64,000 nucleotides of DNA from Paragordius varius. Lineage: Eukaryota > Animalia > Nematomorpha. Below, in pieces: positions 50,234-63,510 of this stretch (positions are counted from its first letter, which is position 1; each line of letters begins with the position of its first letter). Location of the stretch: the NCBI GenBank assembly GCA_964247055.1, contig OZ176050.1, positions 6,758,001 through 6,822,000 of the forward strand, read 5' to 3'. A model generated the notes under the pieces. It saw only the letters and a program-made list of their open reading frames with translations, was not told the origin of the DNA and did not search any database. Made by a program: the position numbers and the translations under genes.

Positions 50234-52523
50234 ATGTCATCATTATCATCGAAATACTTTCCGATTTGGTTAATTCTAGGTTTCGACACTATTATAGTCA
50301 ATTACATTCATGCTGGGCCAATTGTATTAGACCAAGACTATCTTAAAGCCTTGGGATATTCTCCAGACCTTAAATATTATGAAACAGAAAGCGGCGAAGT
50401 AATTGAACGCGTTAAAGATTCGCCCATGTTGGCCAAAGATAAAATACTTTCCATGATGATGGATCCTAGTTTTGATTTTTTTGATGAAAAGAATTTTCCC
50501 AACCATTGGTATCCCCCAGAACCGGAACTTTTGCTATCACGATTAGGGAGTGCCCATAGGCAAAGACCTAAACATATGTATTTTGGGGATGCGTCGAGAA
50601 AGCATAAAAAAGATGTGAAAAAAGCCGAAGACTTATACAACGTAGCGAATGATGTTAATGGAAAAAGCAATTTATATCAGCCCTATGAGTTGGTCCAAAA
50701 AGGTTATGCGAAAGAAATCCCTGAATTCCATGAAGGAGATAAGATAAAAGAAATTAAAGAAGATCTACAACCAAAAACAAACTACAAGCAAAAAGATTTC
50801 AATCAATATCAAAAATATGATTCAAATTTCGAGAAAGAAAATATCGGAACTTATCAAAAAAGCAGTAGTTATGCCAAATCTCAAACTTCTAATAACGATA
50901 TACCTGAACCTGATATCACGGAGAATGGAATCAATCAAAATGAACCTATTGTAAATGAATATTTTGATTTACGAAAGGATAAAACATACGAAGATTATTT
51001 AAAAAGAATTCCAGACTATGCAAAATATCCTACAAATCAACCAGATGCTGAGAAGCAAAATATTGACGTTACAACACCCAAACCCTATGTATCACCATAT
51101 GGATATGCCCATAGTGCACCCATTATGTCTTCAACGCCTACAAATAGAATCTTTTACAAATATAGTCAAAACAATCCAAATATTTATGTACGACATCCTG
51201 GATATTCTGATTCTCAGCAAAGATTACCATATTACAATAGTAATTTAGGTATTTATTTGCATGTTTTATATTTAACGCTGTCACAATTTTGTAAAATAAA
51301 TTTAAATCTGAATATAAAAAATTAGCTTCAAAAAATCGCCCGGGTCGAACAAAGAGGATGCACTAATTAATTATCTTTTAACATATATTTAAATAAAATG
51401 CTTATAATACCTAAATTGTTTTCTTCTGTATTTTATTTTTAAAGAATATAATTAAATTGTATCGATAAGAGTTTGAGGGTTAATACACCTGTCTGTTACA
51501 GCTAAGGGCACATGTTAATGAGATTACACATTTTATAGACCATATATATTTGTTTATCATTACATAGGATATTACTATCAGGTAGGCAATATAGTTATAC
51601 CCCCCGAGATTATAGCAAATGAAATTATTCGTCTCAACCATGAAAGTTATGACGCAAAATATGAAGACAATAAAGAACCGTCTTTGCCAGAACATTTGGG
51701 GCATCATGTCCAACCACAAACATCAATAGTTGATTACAACCAGATTGTCAGTTCGAATAAAATGCAATATAATCAAGCATATCCTAACAATAAATTTAAT
51801 TATCCGGTAAATAAGGTACAGCCACACCCATATTATTATTATAGTCCAAATCAAAACCCGTTACATAGTAATCAGAAACCCCACATTCCAAATACTGATC
51901 CACAATATAAATATGTATACTCAACACCAATAAATTCACAACCATTAAAATTAGCACAAGCAGAAAATCAATATTATTACCCTAATAATCTTGACGGATT
52001 GACGTCAAACTACGTTTCTAGTGAAGCAAATGTTGTGGCCCAGCCATCGGCGTCTTTTAATTTGATAAATGAAAACCAACTTGAACAAGAAGGGCCAGTT
52101 CAAAATGATCTCCAAAATCAAATATATCCTCCGCCGATTGAGGAAGACCCTGAGGACATTGAATCACAAAACGATAAAATTGAAATGACTTATCCATATG
52201 TCGTAATAAATGGCCAGGCTTATGATGTTCCAATGGAAACTAATGCTGGCATTAAAGTTCCAATAAAAAACTCTCCAAACAAAAAACGAACAGGTGTGAA
52301 AAATGGTAGAGGTGTACTGAAATCGGATACTGAATTGAGTGGTAATAAAATAACCTACGCTAAAGATCCTCAAAACATACCCAAAGCTGTGCATAAGGTA
52401 CCGTTAACGAAAAAAACTCACACCGACTTAGGTAAATATATCAAACTTATGATGCCCTACAAAAGATTTGTTAATCAACATCAACTCGTCAAGAGTGGTA
52501 AAGAATGGATTCAGATTTTTTAA
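50234..52523 (+). CDS. Uncharacterised secreted low-complexity protein rich in Tyr/Asn/Gln/Pro
   Basis: Exons 50234-51248 and 51568-52523 join in phase 1 (about 650 aa). N-terminal hydrophobic signal-peptide-like segment (...IWLILGFDTIIVNYIHA|GP). No domain recognised. A donor at 52498 could give an alternative 3' end. Confidence 0.7.
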
Positions 52524-52602
52524 TTTATACATTAATTTTTGATTTTTATAATGATTCAAGGTTAGAAAACAATAAATTTTATACAATTTTGATATTGTAA
52601 AT

Positions 52603-54110
52603 CAGGGGTGTCCAACACAAATGGCTTGAAGAGCCACCTTTTCGACCTCAAAATTCCAAAGAGCCACTTTTTATTATATATATCAAGACATTGGTAACAA
52701 ATTAATTTATTATATTAACATATAGATGTGCTAATTTTCATATCAAAAAGAAAATAAACAGTATATATATAAAATAATGCTTTGCTAATTAAATTATATC
52801 AATGTGTAAAAAAAAGATAAAAATACATGGATATGGTAAACTTATTACAATTCGATAGTATGACTAGAGTAGAGTGTGGTAAATTTAATCGCCAAAATGT
52901 AACCTTTTCTTATCTAATAAAAATAAAAGAAATAAATATTTTTCATTGCATAATTAAATTTTTAATGGGATATTTGTTTTGTATTTTTTTGGCTAAATTT
53001 ATTGAGATCTATATCAATATTTGATACAGCACATCTCAATTCATTCTCCAAGTTTTCATCAGTTAATAAAGAACGTGAAAAAGATTTTGTGTATTTCATT
53101 TTAGAAAAAAAAACTTTTACAAAGATAAATGGACCCAAGAGCACAAATTAATCTCTGTGCAAAAATTCTTAAATTAGGAAATTTATCAAATGTTATATAT
53201 TTTTTATAAAATTTAATTTTATTTGTTTGCCCAAATAATAATTTTAATTCATTATTGGATTGCAAATCTAGTAATTCATTTGTAAATTAATAGGAGTGTA
53301 GATAGCTTCAACGTAGATTGGACAACAAAATAAATCAAATATTTTTTCATATTTTGTCATATCCCCGTATCGATTATTAAAAGCTTTTGATAATATGTTA
53401 ATTTGATCTCCATATTTTGAAAAATCGTTAGTCGGCTTTAAATCTATTCAATTCTGGAAAATGTTCAGCATTATTTTTTTTAAATAGCATTCAAATAACG
53501 TCAATTTTTTAAAAAACGCTTTAATATGGTTATTCGCATCAACAATTTATCTTTCTTTTGCAAAGATTAATTTAATTGATTTAGTTTTTCGGTAATATCT
53601 ACGGAAAAGCATAAATCTGACAACCAATCTTCATTGGTTAATTCCTCTACCAAATAATTATTCTGCAATAAAAAAATATTTATTTCTTTTAATAAATAAT
53701 AAAACCTATTTTAACAATAATTTCACGGTTCCCTTGTTTTTTCCCATCATAGCTGAGGCACCATCTGTTGTCAAACAAGATAGCAATACATTTTAAAATT
53801 GCATGAAACATATTATCTCCCTTAGTTGTATATTTCATCAGAAGTTACCTATCATATCTTCTGTTATATTAAAAAATTCATATATCCTTCGAATAAAGAC
53901 TACCAATTGTGATATGTTGATTGAATGACAAGTAAAACGCCACAAAATTTTGATTTCTGTCTCTTAGGGAAAGTTGAATTTCTTCTGCGATGTCTGTAAT
54001 TCGTTGACACATAGTATTGCGCGAAAGACTTATAGTGATTGTACGCACTAAAAAAATAAACGCCATCCAGAGATATTTTAGAGATGTATGAAATCCTTAC
54101 CACATACTAT
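52603..54110 (-). pseudogene. hAT (Charlie/SPIN/GTF2IRD2-like) transposase remnant with one TIR
   Basis: TIR-like CAGGGGTGTCCAAC at 52603. Minus-strand fragments SLSRNTMCQRITDIAEEIQ, LTTDGASAMMGKNKG (catalytic Asp, ~53735-53775) and SRSLLTDENLENELR (dimerisation region). The other TIR was not found. Confidence 0.8.
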
Positions 54111-54702
54111 TTGCTAATTATTTTTTCTACCGCTAAAAATGTCCCAAATAAAAAATACTTAAAAATTAATTAATCCTAAAGGTATTTTATAACAGAGCTT
54201 GACTCCATTACCTATATGTAAAATTGTTAAAAATCTTCATCTCAAACTTTGCCGCCATTTCCAATAATTTTTAAAATCGCTTATGCAACAAACAAATAAA
54301 TGTATATTATGGTTAAAAATGTAAATTATTAACTTTAAAAACATTTTAGAGTACATTTTACCAGTAAAAACTTGATATATTTGGATAATACCAGCTATTC
54401 GTTTTAATCGTCTTTTACTGTCCCAATTGTAGAGTCCAACACACTGTAAAAATATATTTTATCTAATACATGAGAAAAATGTTTGATAAATTATTAACCA
54501 AAATAACTTTAAAAACTGTAGATCATTAACAAAAATAAGCCCAGGGGTATAAAACTCCCCCAAAAAGAAAACTGGCACAAAAAGAGTGAAAAAGGAATGA
54601 AGTGTTTAAAATAAATAACTATGGTTATATTCAATTATATTAACATTTAGCTATAATTAGAATATAATAAAATTAGGTCTTAATTTTTCTCCTAAATTTT
54701 AA

Positions 54703-55268
54703 CCATTCGATTCAAATTGGGCATCTAAATACCCCAGACTAAATTTTAATTAGGATTTTCAAAAAACTACTGAATGAAACGGTCCCAATTTAAATTTATG
54801 CTTCTATCCTAATAAAAATTATATAAATATGCTAAAATATCTAAATAAAATTTTGTTTTGAAAAAAAGTTCTATGGCAAACTACTTCGACGCCATTTTTA
54901 TTTTACAAAATTTTTGCAAAATATCGTTTTTATTTTTAAAATTAAGCTAATTTTTTATTTAAATTACAACAAACATTGATAGAAATAGAAAGAGCATTAT
55001 ATTTTGTATTATTTTTTAATTTTACCATTGCACACATGTCACGTTGACTAAATTTTTACCTTTTGGTTTTAGCTTAAAATAAGTGATATCAAGTATTTTT
55101 GAATAAAATTTTTTATATATATCGGTTTTTTAATGTTATATAAGTGCAAAATTTTGGCATCGTTTCGATTCCTTCCATATTTTTAAAAGAATTTAATTTT
55201 AAACAGACCTGGGGTATTTAACTACCCCTTGAATCGAAAGACTAAAATGAATGTGTTGTATCCAAGTG
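54703..55268 (+). mobile_element. piggyBac-derived MITE, 566 bp
   Basis: TTAA at 54699-54702 and 55269-55272; reverse complement of 5865-6429. Confidence 0.88.
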
Positions 55269-55350
55269 TTAAATTATTATAACTGTGGTATATTGAAAAT
55301 AATATCATCTAAGCATGTGAAACTTTATATTATTTTTGATCTTGTCCACA

Positions 55351-58300
55351 ATGTCTAGAGATAATTTGTCTCTGGAAATAAATAAATCTAGTCATCTTAG
55401 ACCAATAATAATTGATGGAAGCAATGTAGCAATGAAGTAAAATATTTTATATATTTTAGCCATGGTAATAAGAAAGTTTTTTCATGCAAAGGTATCGAAA
55501 TTTGTGTGAATTGGTTTCTTAGCCGCGGTCATGAGCAAGTTATTGTTATTGTACCACAATGGCGTACCGAAGGCTCAAAAGAGGAAACACCAATAGAAAG
55601 TTTTTGATCATATATAAATTAATATAGATCAGGAAGTTTTGCATTCTTTGGAGTCTACCAAACACCTTGTATTTACTCCTTGTCGTAAAGTTATCGTATA
55701 TGATGAAAACCCTGATAATTACAGTAAGGTTGAAAACGATGTATCACCAAAGAAAGAAAAATCTCTTCGATTGCGACCCCCGCCTAAATATAAAAAAATT
55801 GTATGCTATGATGACAGGTATAATATCAGTACCTCTTATTTATTTTTATTTAAGTCAATTTGATATCAAATTCAATATAGTATCTAACATTAAATATCTT
55901 CAGACAATGATATTTTTACGTATGTTTATTATGTCTTGCATATAAATATGTATAACCAACATATCCCGGAACTTGGCGATTGCATATTATTTGTCGTACT
56001 CTCTTTGTTGTCGTTATTTTAAACTCTCTTATTTTTAGATTAAATTTTAATATTTAAGGATATGTATTGATTATCTCAGCAATTTTTCTCGTGATGTATC
56101 ATGTGAATAACTCTAATTAATAATTTTAATTGTTTGTTTTTTAAAAATTATACTGTTTACAACCACTCAATTTTTAATATTAATTTTATAGTGTATATGT
56201 GATTTGTAAAATGCATTAACATTCAAGAGATCTTGCATTCTTATTATAACAAATTAATATAATTTTATCGGTAATTAATGTTCAACGATAGAATTTTTTT
56301 TAAATTGGAGGCATTGCTTATATTATAAATGATATTACTATCAAATTTGTTAATATGCTTTTGATAGACTAATTTTTGTTATAATAAGGATGTAAGATAT
56401 ATTAATTTTTTTATCAATATATTACTTAGTCTAATTTTTAAAATAAAATTATTATTGTTATTTATCGTTGATCATTTTTAAGTAAAGCATTATCCGGATT
56501 TGCTATCTCAGATTGACATATTTTTTTATTAATTACATTAATTTAAGAAAAAGTTTTTTGCTGATTCTTAATAAAAAAAATTTAAATATCTTGTAATAAT
56601 GGTGCGAAGCGAAAATGCTACATTATAAATCATATATTATTCGACTTCAGGATAATGAAATCGAATATAGCGGTTACAAGCTAGAAAAAAGTTATTATTT
56701 TTTTCGACTTTGTCAAAATCAAAAAATCGCATTTTTGTCGCACATTAGGCTGAATAAAATTATATAATGGAGAAAAACGCGTCAATATAATCATATTTGT
56801 TAATATATACCATCTTCTAAACGTATTCGATAAAGATTAATTTTTAAGTTGTTTTGAAGACTAACAAAAGTTAAACCTTAAATATCGCATTTTAGCGTCA
56901 AAATATCTTAAAAACTTGATATTAAGTGGTAAAATATTTTAATGTTTATCTTATATCATATATTTACTTATATATCTAGAGTGTACTCAATATATCACGT
57001 TAAAAATTAATTTAAAGCTAAAAAAAGTATTTTTTAAAGATTAGCGTATAATTTTTATAAAACTACCATATATTAATTATAAATAATCGGCTCATTTATT
57101 TGATTTGGGAATTTTTCGCCCCAAAGTTGTAATTGAGTGTTTAGTGCCATTTTGGTTACTGGGCTCTTCGGTAAAACTCCCTTACTCGTTAAACTATGTC
57201 GGTAGATCTTTTTTCTCCATCGAATTGTATACAAAGGTAGTTATTATATAAATATTAGGTGTTTACACCTCCGCTATGCTGCGAATGGTTAAATTCTTTT
57301 ATATAAACCTTAAATCATTTTTGAACGCGATATATTGGGTAAACTGGGATAGTTCAAATAAAATTCAAATTTTTTATCGCCTAAACACAAGTTTTTAGGA
57401 TTTTAATTTGAAAAGTGCGATTAGTTATGGTTCCTGTAAGACCTTCAAGGACCACTTGAAAAATTCTAAAATCTCTATCAATAATATTTTGTTTTTAGGG
57501 TTTCATGGGGAATATATTAACATATATTTCGTTGCGGCATTTTCTCCATTGTATTTAATTTAACCTAATGTGCGACAAAAATGCAATTTCTTGATTTACA
57601 CTTAAAGCGAAATTAACTTAACTTTTTCCTAGCCTGTTACCGCATCTATTACCGATATTCATTGCTTTGAAACTAATAGCTATCGAAGATATATGATATA
57701 TAAATGTGGCATTTTTGATCCCATTTTACCGCACAGTGTATTAACCGATCCACTTGTGCCATATGGCATGATTACTGAAATAAAATTTTTATAAATTTTA
57801 CCATTCTCTTTTTCTGTTACTTCATCACCTCTTTACCTTTTTGTCAGTTGACATATTGGGCTAGTTTATATCTTAGAGTTTCGTACATAAATGTTTTAAA
57901 AGTTATCTTCGTTAAAATTTAATTATCGGACATTCTTCTTATGTGTTAGATAAAAAACTTCCACAGTTTTGTGATTTCTCGAGTCTAAAATCGGGACATC
58001 TTTAAAACACGATTAAAACAAACAGCTGATATAACAATCCAAATTAATCAACTTTGCTGGTAAAATAAGCCTGAAAACTTTTCAAAGTTAAGTATTGACA
58101 TTTTCTAATCATAATATACCTTTATTTGCCTGTTGCATTAGCGATTTAATAAAATTTATATAAAAAAATAGCGGCAAAAAGTTAAAGATGAGGTTTTTTT
58201 GTATAATGCTCTCATATTTCTAACGGCTTAAGATAAATACTTTGAAGATAAATTTAAATTTCAAAGGGATATAAAATTACCTCAAAAGGTAATGGAGTGT

Positions 58301-61300
58301 TAATATATTTATTAATATTCATTATAAATAAATAGACTCAATATGTTTGTACCCAAAATCAATATTTTCTGACCTAGTCCGAGATCCGTGTGACATGGTG
58401 CCATTTTTAAAATTGAATATTATTGTTTTTAAAAAATTATTAAATTAATAATATATATTTCTTCACTTATAATGCGCCGATGCAGAATCGGACCATTTTT
58501 TTAATTAATTTTTGGAACCTGCCTTAACCCAATCTAAAAAATTCCTAAATATTTATCCACCAAAATCGCTTATAAACAATTTTTCGGGGAAATGCATTTA
58601 GATTTAATAATGGCATTATTTGTTCATCTCATAGCCGAGCCTTTTCAAATACTCCTCACCCCCGTAAAATTGTTTTTAACCAAAAAATTTAATCCCAAAT
58701 ATATTATTTCTTAAAAGCGAATTTTAGAAAACTTGTAAGACCATATAAAGTTAAAAATGTCTTGGATATTTCCAAAGGCGTCTTTTTTAAATTAGTCCCT
58801 GTGTAGTGTATTACCCTTTGTATAAACCCCCAAAAATCTGCATTTATATTAATTTAGAAACTTGTTATATTCAATCAATGGCCATTTTTTCCTTTAAGAA
58901 TGCGATGGTCAGTATAACTAATTTACAAATAATTGATTCGACTAAGTCCCATCGACGCGTGGCACGACAACTTATGTAATTTTGTTAATACAATGACTAC
59001 ACCTTCAGCATAGGACATGATAAAAAAGTAATCAATGCAATATTTTGCGCGAACCAACCTATTAATTATAAATAGAATTTGGAGGTCTCGATAAAAGTTC
59101 AAAAACTATGTTTACATTTACTGTGAAAATATTATCTTTTTTAATATTGTTATTGTTGTTATTAAAAGGTAGTCGCTAAGCGTTTTTTAGCTATCGTATA
59201 GATTAAAAGTTCTCTATTTCGGACGATCTTAGGCCACGTGAATAATTTCAAAAAACATATTAGGGTTGCCTCTTTTACGGGTTTTTCTATCAAACCTCTT
59301 TAGGTAATATTTTTCTCCTGATTCATTTTATTGTCAGTTAGCATAGAAAGTTTTATAAAGTTTATGACTATGCCTTATTCAATGCTCTCAAAGTTAACAC
59401 CAAGGTTTTTCAGGCCTTTAAGTGTGTAGCGATATTTCAATCGTTTAACCCTATATAATATAATTCGATGCAATAGTGATGCGTTTTTCGTTCAGAAGAT
59501 GCCCCAAACCCATATCTCTCTATTTACGCAAATGTATAGCGAAATATGAAAAATATATTGCTTATTATACCCTAGTTAAAGCTCACTTCTTTTTTAACAT
59601 TTTTTAGTTATTATCTTCACGTACAAAAATGTTTCTTGTCCGCAAAATAGCATTTTTCCAACCATTTTGTTTTTCCTCTTAATTTTGGGAAAAAGTGCAT
59701 TATTATTTTTTAGACTAATAAATAAAGTACATATATAGCCACCCACGATAACTTGCAAAATGCGTCATTCTATAATTTAATTGTGTTTAACAAGACAAGG
59801 TAAATTCGCCTTTTTATTACTCAAATAAATAATTTAAGGATGAAAAAGATCATTACTTGTTTTTTTCAAATTTTTTATAGAATGTTTCATATTATTATTC
59901 CAAATAATTTGTCGAAAATGATTTTTACCTTACAGATATATCATAAAGTTGGCCATTGAAATGAATGGTATTATCGTATCAAATGACAATTACCGCGATT
60001 TAGCGATGGAATCACCCACCTTTGCGCAAGTTATAGAAAAACGGTTACTCATGTACACCTTCATAAATGATAGGTAATTTCAATCATACATTAACATTTA
60101 ATTTTCATGCTTTTTTTAACTGTGAAATTTATTTATGAGATATATTCACATTATATATATATATATATATATACATATAACTGTTTCGTTTATAAATAAT
60201 TTATTGGATATTGATAAAGGTGTAACATAATTTATTGCTTTGCATCCATATATAATGTTGGCTATTAAATTGTTTTTTATATTAAATTTAAATTTTGTAG
60301 TACATTAACCTATTCTATAGTAATATTTCTAGAAGTTTTGCGTAATAGATTGTGATACACCCGGAATATATTAAAGATTATTTGAGTAAAGTCTTGAATT
60401 AAATTATATATATTTTAAAAATATTTTTAGCCATAAATTTTACAGGAAAAGAATTAATTATTTTATCATTAATTAACCTCCATTTTTGAAAAAAAAAATG
60501 ATAGTTACCAAAGCAATTTTTTTGTTTTAATAGATTTATGCCTCCGGATGACCCATTAGGGAGGGACGGACCTAATTTAGATGATTTCCTTAAATTTGAT
60601 GAAATAACTCCAACATCTGTGACTGATAGTGTTATGATACAATCACCGTCTAACACTAATTGCACATTGACGAATTCATTAGCTTCCGAAAGTGTTGGAT
60701 ATGAAACAACTCCTCAAGATAAAGCATGTCTTCTAAATCAATCAAAACAACAACCTATTATAACGCTTCCTGTCTGCCCCTATGGTATAAATTTGATTAA
60801 TATATTGTGTTAATGTTACATTTTCTGTTTCTTACTTAAATTGTTTGCTACGTTTCTTTCAATTTTCCCAATTACGCACAACTTTTTAATTTGTTATGGC
60901 ATCCTATAACTATTATTATTATTATTACGATAATTTTTTAAATTCGTATGTCGTTTTCAACTTGAACAATACACTCAATACAAATAATAATGGGAATAAT
61001 TCTTTATTTTCAGGACCTAAATGTACCTATGGCAATAAATGTAAATTTGATCACCCAGAAAAGACAAATTTGAAGAAAAAAGTTGTAACACATCAACAAG
61101 CGTACCAAGCCATGAAAGAAATGGAAAAATATTTGGCTAAAGATAACAGTAAAATATTTTTGCCGAATTTTTTTTTCAAATTATAATTCTTGAATGATTT
61201 ATATTGGTAACTTTTTTTATAAAGGTTAACTTTATAGATATAATATACGATGTGTCAATCAACAGAAAAACTGGCCCAAAAACAATTTTTAGAAGGCATA

Positions 61301-63510
61301 GCTAAATTATTTCGTGATCAGAGCAATTTCTGTTTTATCTTAATTATCATCTTCAACCACCGAATTTTTTGATATTTTATAATGAAAATTTTTTTAAGAC
61401 TTTTTCATACAAAATAATATTGAATTTAGAATCAATACAGAATTTGAGGAAATACATTTTTTATATTTTTACATAATGGATCGCGTGTTGTAAGTTTTAA
61501 GTCTTAATTTTGGAAATATAATTTTTTGGAACCGGTATTTAATAAACAAGATGCGACTTGCACAATTATTCCCTTACGTTTCTAGGCAAGCGGGTTTTGA
61601 AGCTTTCCTATCACCAAAATTATACTTATGATTACATCAATGATATTTAGATATCTAAATCGATCGGTTGGAAAACAATCATTGTTTTGCATATTTTTTT
61701 AAGTTTGTTTTAAGGATGATCGTATTAACAAAAGCCAAGCTATTTACTTTTAAAATGGTACAAGGGGACTCTTAAAACTTTATATTTATATTTCAGGTAA
61801 AAAATCATTGTGCCGAACTTTTTCGCTTCAAAGCACAGCCTCCAATTCAATGTATGGTTACAATCCTGTTGCTTTAACCTCCGGAGGATTGAATTTTGTG
61901 GTTTCTGGACCCAATAATTGTATGGCTGATTATCGATATGTTATGGGCCACCCTAACTCCACCCCTCAAAAACCATTTAAAAAGAAACATTCTAGTCTGA
62001 AGCATTATAATCATCGCCACCAACAAGGACCATTACATTTCTGTGATATTCGCCAAAACGGATCCCATAATTTATATGTAATGCCTAACAATTTTAAGAA
62101 TTATTCATATTTTTATAATAATTAATTATCTCGCTTTGCCCAAAATATATTATTATCAACCAGCTGTTTTTGTATCCTAACTATTAAAATGACTACTGTA
62201 GCTAGATATAGAAAATATGGATGTATGATACACTAAAATATATATTTTTTTATGAATATTTTGGTGTACAAATAATTAAAAATTTTAAATCTGTTTTTAG
62301 TTTGGTAGCGGGCAAAAGTTGCAAATTTCGACTTATCAAGACGGTGGTGCAATAAACGCTCCATTGCAAAGTGGATCAATGTGGCTTGATGCTAATAATG
62401 TTATACAGGGTCGATTAAATGAGATGCCTAGAGGAGGTTTTGGTCAAACTAATATCAGACCTTTTGGTAATGCTTGTTTTTAAAAAAAACTTAGATATGT
62501 AATTAAAAAAGTGTCATTTTAAATCTTTTGGAGATAATTTTTATTTAAGTTTGTTTATTACTTATAATCAAAAAGATTTTAAGCTTCCTGCCCTTTAATG
62601 AAGTAAAAAAATTCTTGTTTGTACCGTTCGAGCCTTTAATCATGTTTTTTTAAGTTATAAAGGGTGTATGAAATAAAAATGAATATTTTTGGTAAATTTA
62701 AAGCTATAAATCATTTGTTATAGTACTGTCGCGAAATATTTCGAAAGCAGATTATGTTAAAATATACACATCTCCTCCACTGAAATAATTTTATATTATT
62801 ATTAAATCCTAGGTCCAATGTTTTCAACCCCATTAACATTGAGCAATAACTACTCAAATGCCACAATCACGCCTAATTCCATCATTGAAACTTCAAATTT
62901 TTCGTCCATAAATCCAAGTGTTGATAACGCTACTTTTGTTAATGGCTTGCTTCAAAATGCTCAACAACCTGCCTTTTATCCAAATAATAACAATAATCTT
63001 TATCTCCCGACGTATCAACCAATGTTATCGACTTTACCACAAACCCCCAATTTTAACATTAATGCTTGTAGTTTAAATACTGTATCATTTCCACGTAAAC
63101 AGCATCTAAGTAAAACGATAAGTGATCCGGTTGGTGGGATTAACTCTTCTTTTGAAAATGCTTTGTTCCATTCGCAGCGGCCATCATGGGATATACCATT
63201 AGACTCTCCCTCTTTTGCAAAAGATATTTTATGGCAGCAAGATGCGTCTAAAATGGGCAATGGACAAAATTTACCTGCTATCAATGATAAAAATGGTTCC
63301 AGAATAAGTTCTGCAAAATTTTCTCAAATACCTTTGAATGAACATCAACCACATGATCTGGACGATATAAATATGGCTTTGGACAAAATTGAAATAACGA
63401 ATAATGATATAATGCCCAAAAATGAGATTGTTAAAGAATTTGAAAAGTTTTTAAATTTTGCTAAAAAATTATTTCATTTATTAAATTTTAATTTTTTACT
63501 CATCGATTGA
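55351..63510 (+). CDS. ZC3H12A: Regnase-1/ZC3H12 family PIN-domain endoribonuclease with a CCCH zinc finger
   Basis: Exons 55351-55436, 55460-55599, 55628-55817, 59936-60073, 60534-60784, 61014-61148, 61797-62077, 62301-62466 and 62813-63510 (or a donor at 63447 to a last exon near 63749). Motifs: [13 protein letters not shown]|[30 protein letters not shown] and [19 protein letters not shown]. All four catalytic Asp positions are present. Paralog assignment (A-D) is not meaningful for an invertebrate. Confidence 0.92.
56600..57720. mobile_element. Decayed long-TIR DNA transposon in the 4.1-kb ZC3H12 intron
   Basis: ~56600-56800 and ~57520-57720 are diverged inverted repeats; for example GCATTTTTGTCGCACATTAGG and its reverse complement CCTAATGTGCGACAAAAATGC. 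Confidence 0.6.

Noticed and set aside
9927-55627. Depletion of 3n-length tiny introns (NMD-visibility bias as in Paramecium)
   Set aside because: Only 3 of 18 candidates are 3n, but the sample is small and stop-free 3n introns are hard to detect without cDNA, so this is mostly ascertainment bias.
14221-63284. Antisense or alternate-frame ORFs overlapping real exons (e.g. 14221-14481, 14640-15041, 29115-29351, 50377-50670, 52164-52394, 63015-63284) and ORFs inside repeats
   Set aside because: They are shadows of coding exons or chance ORFs in AT-rich repeats, with no independent support.
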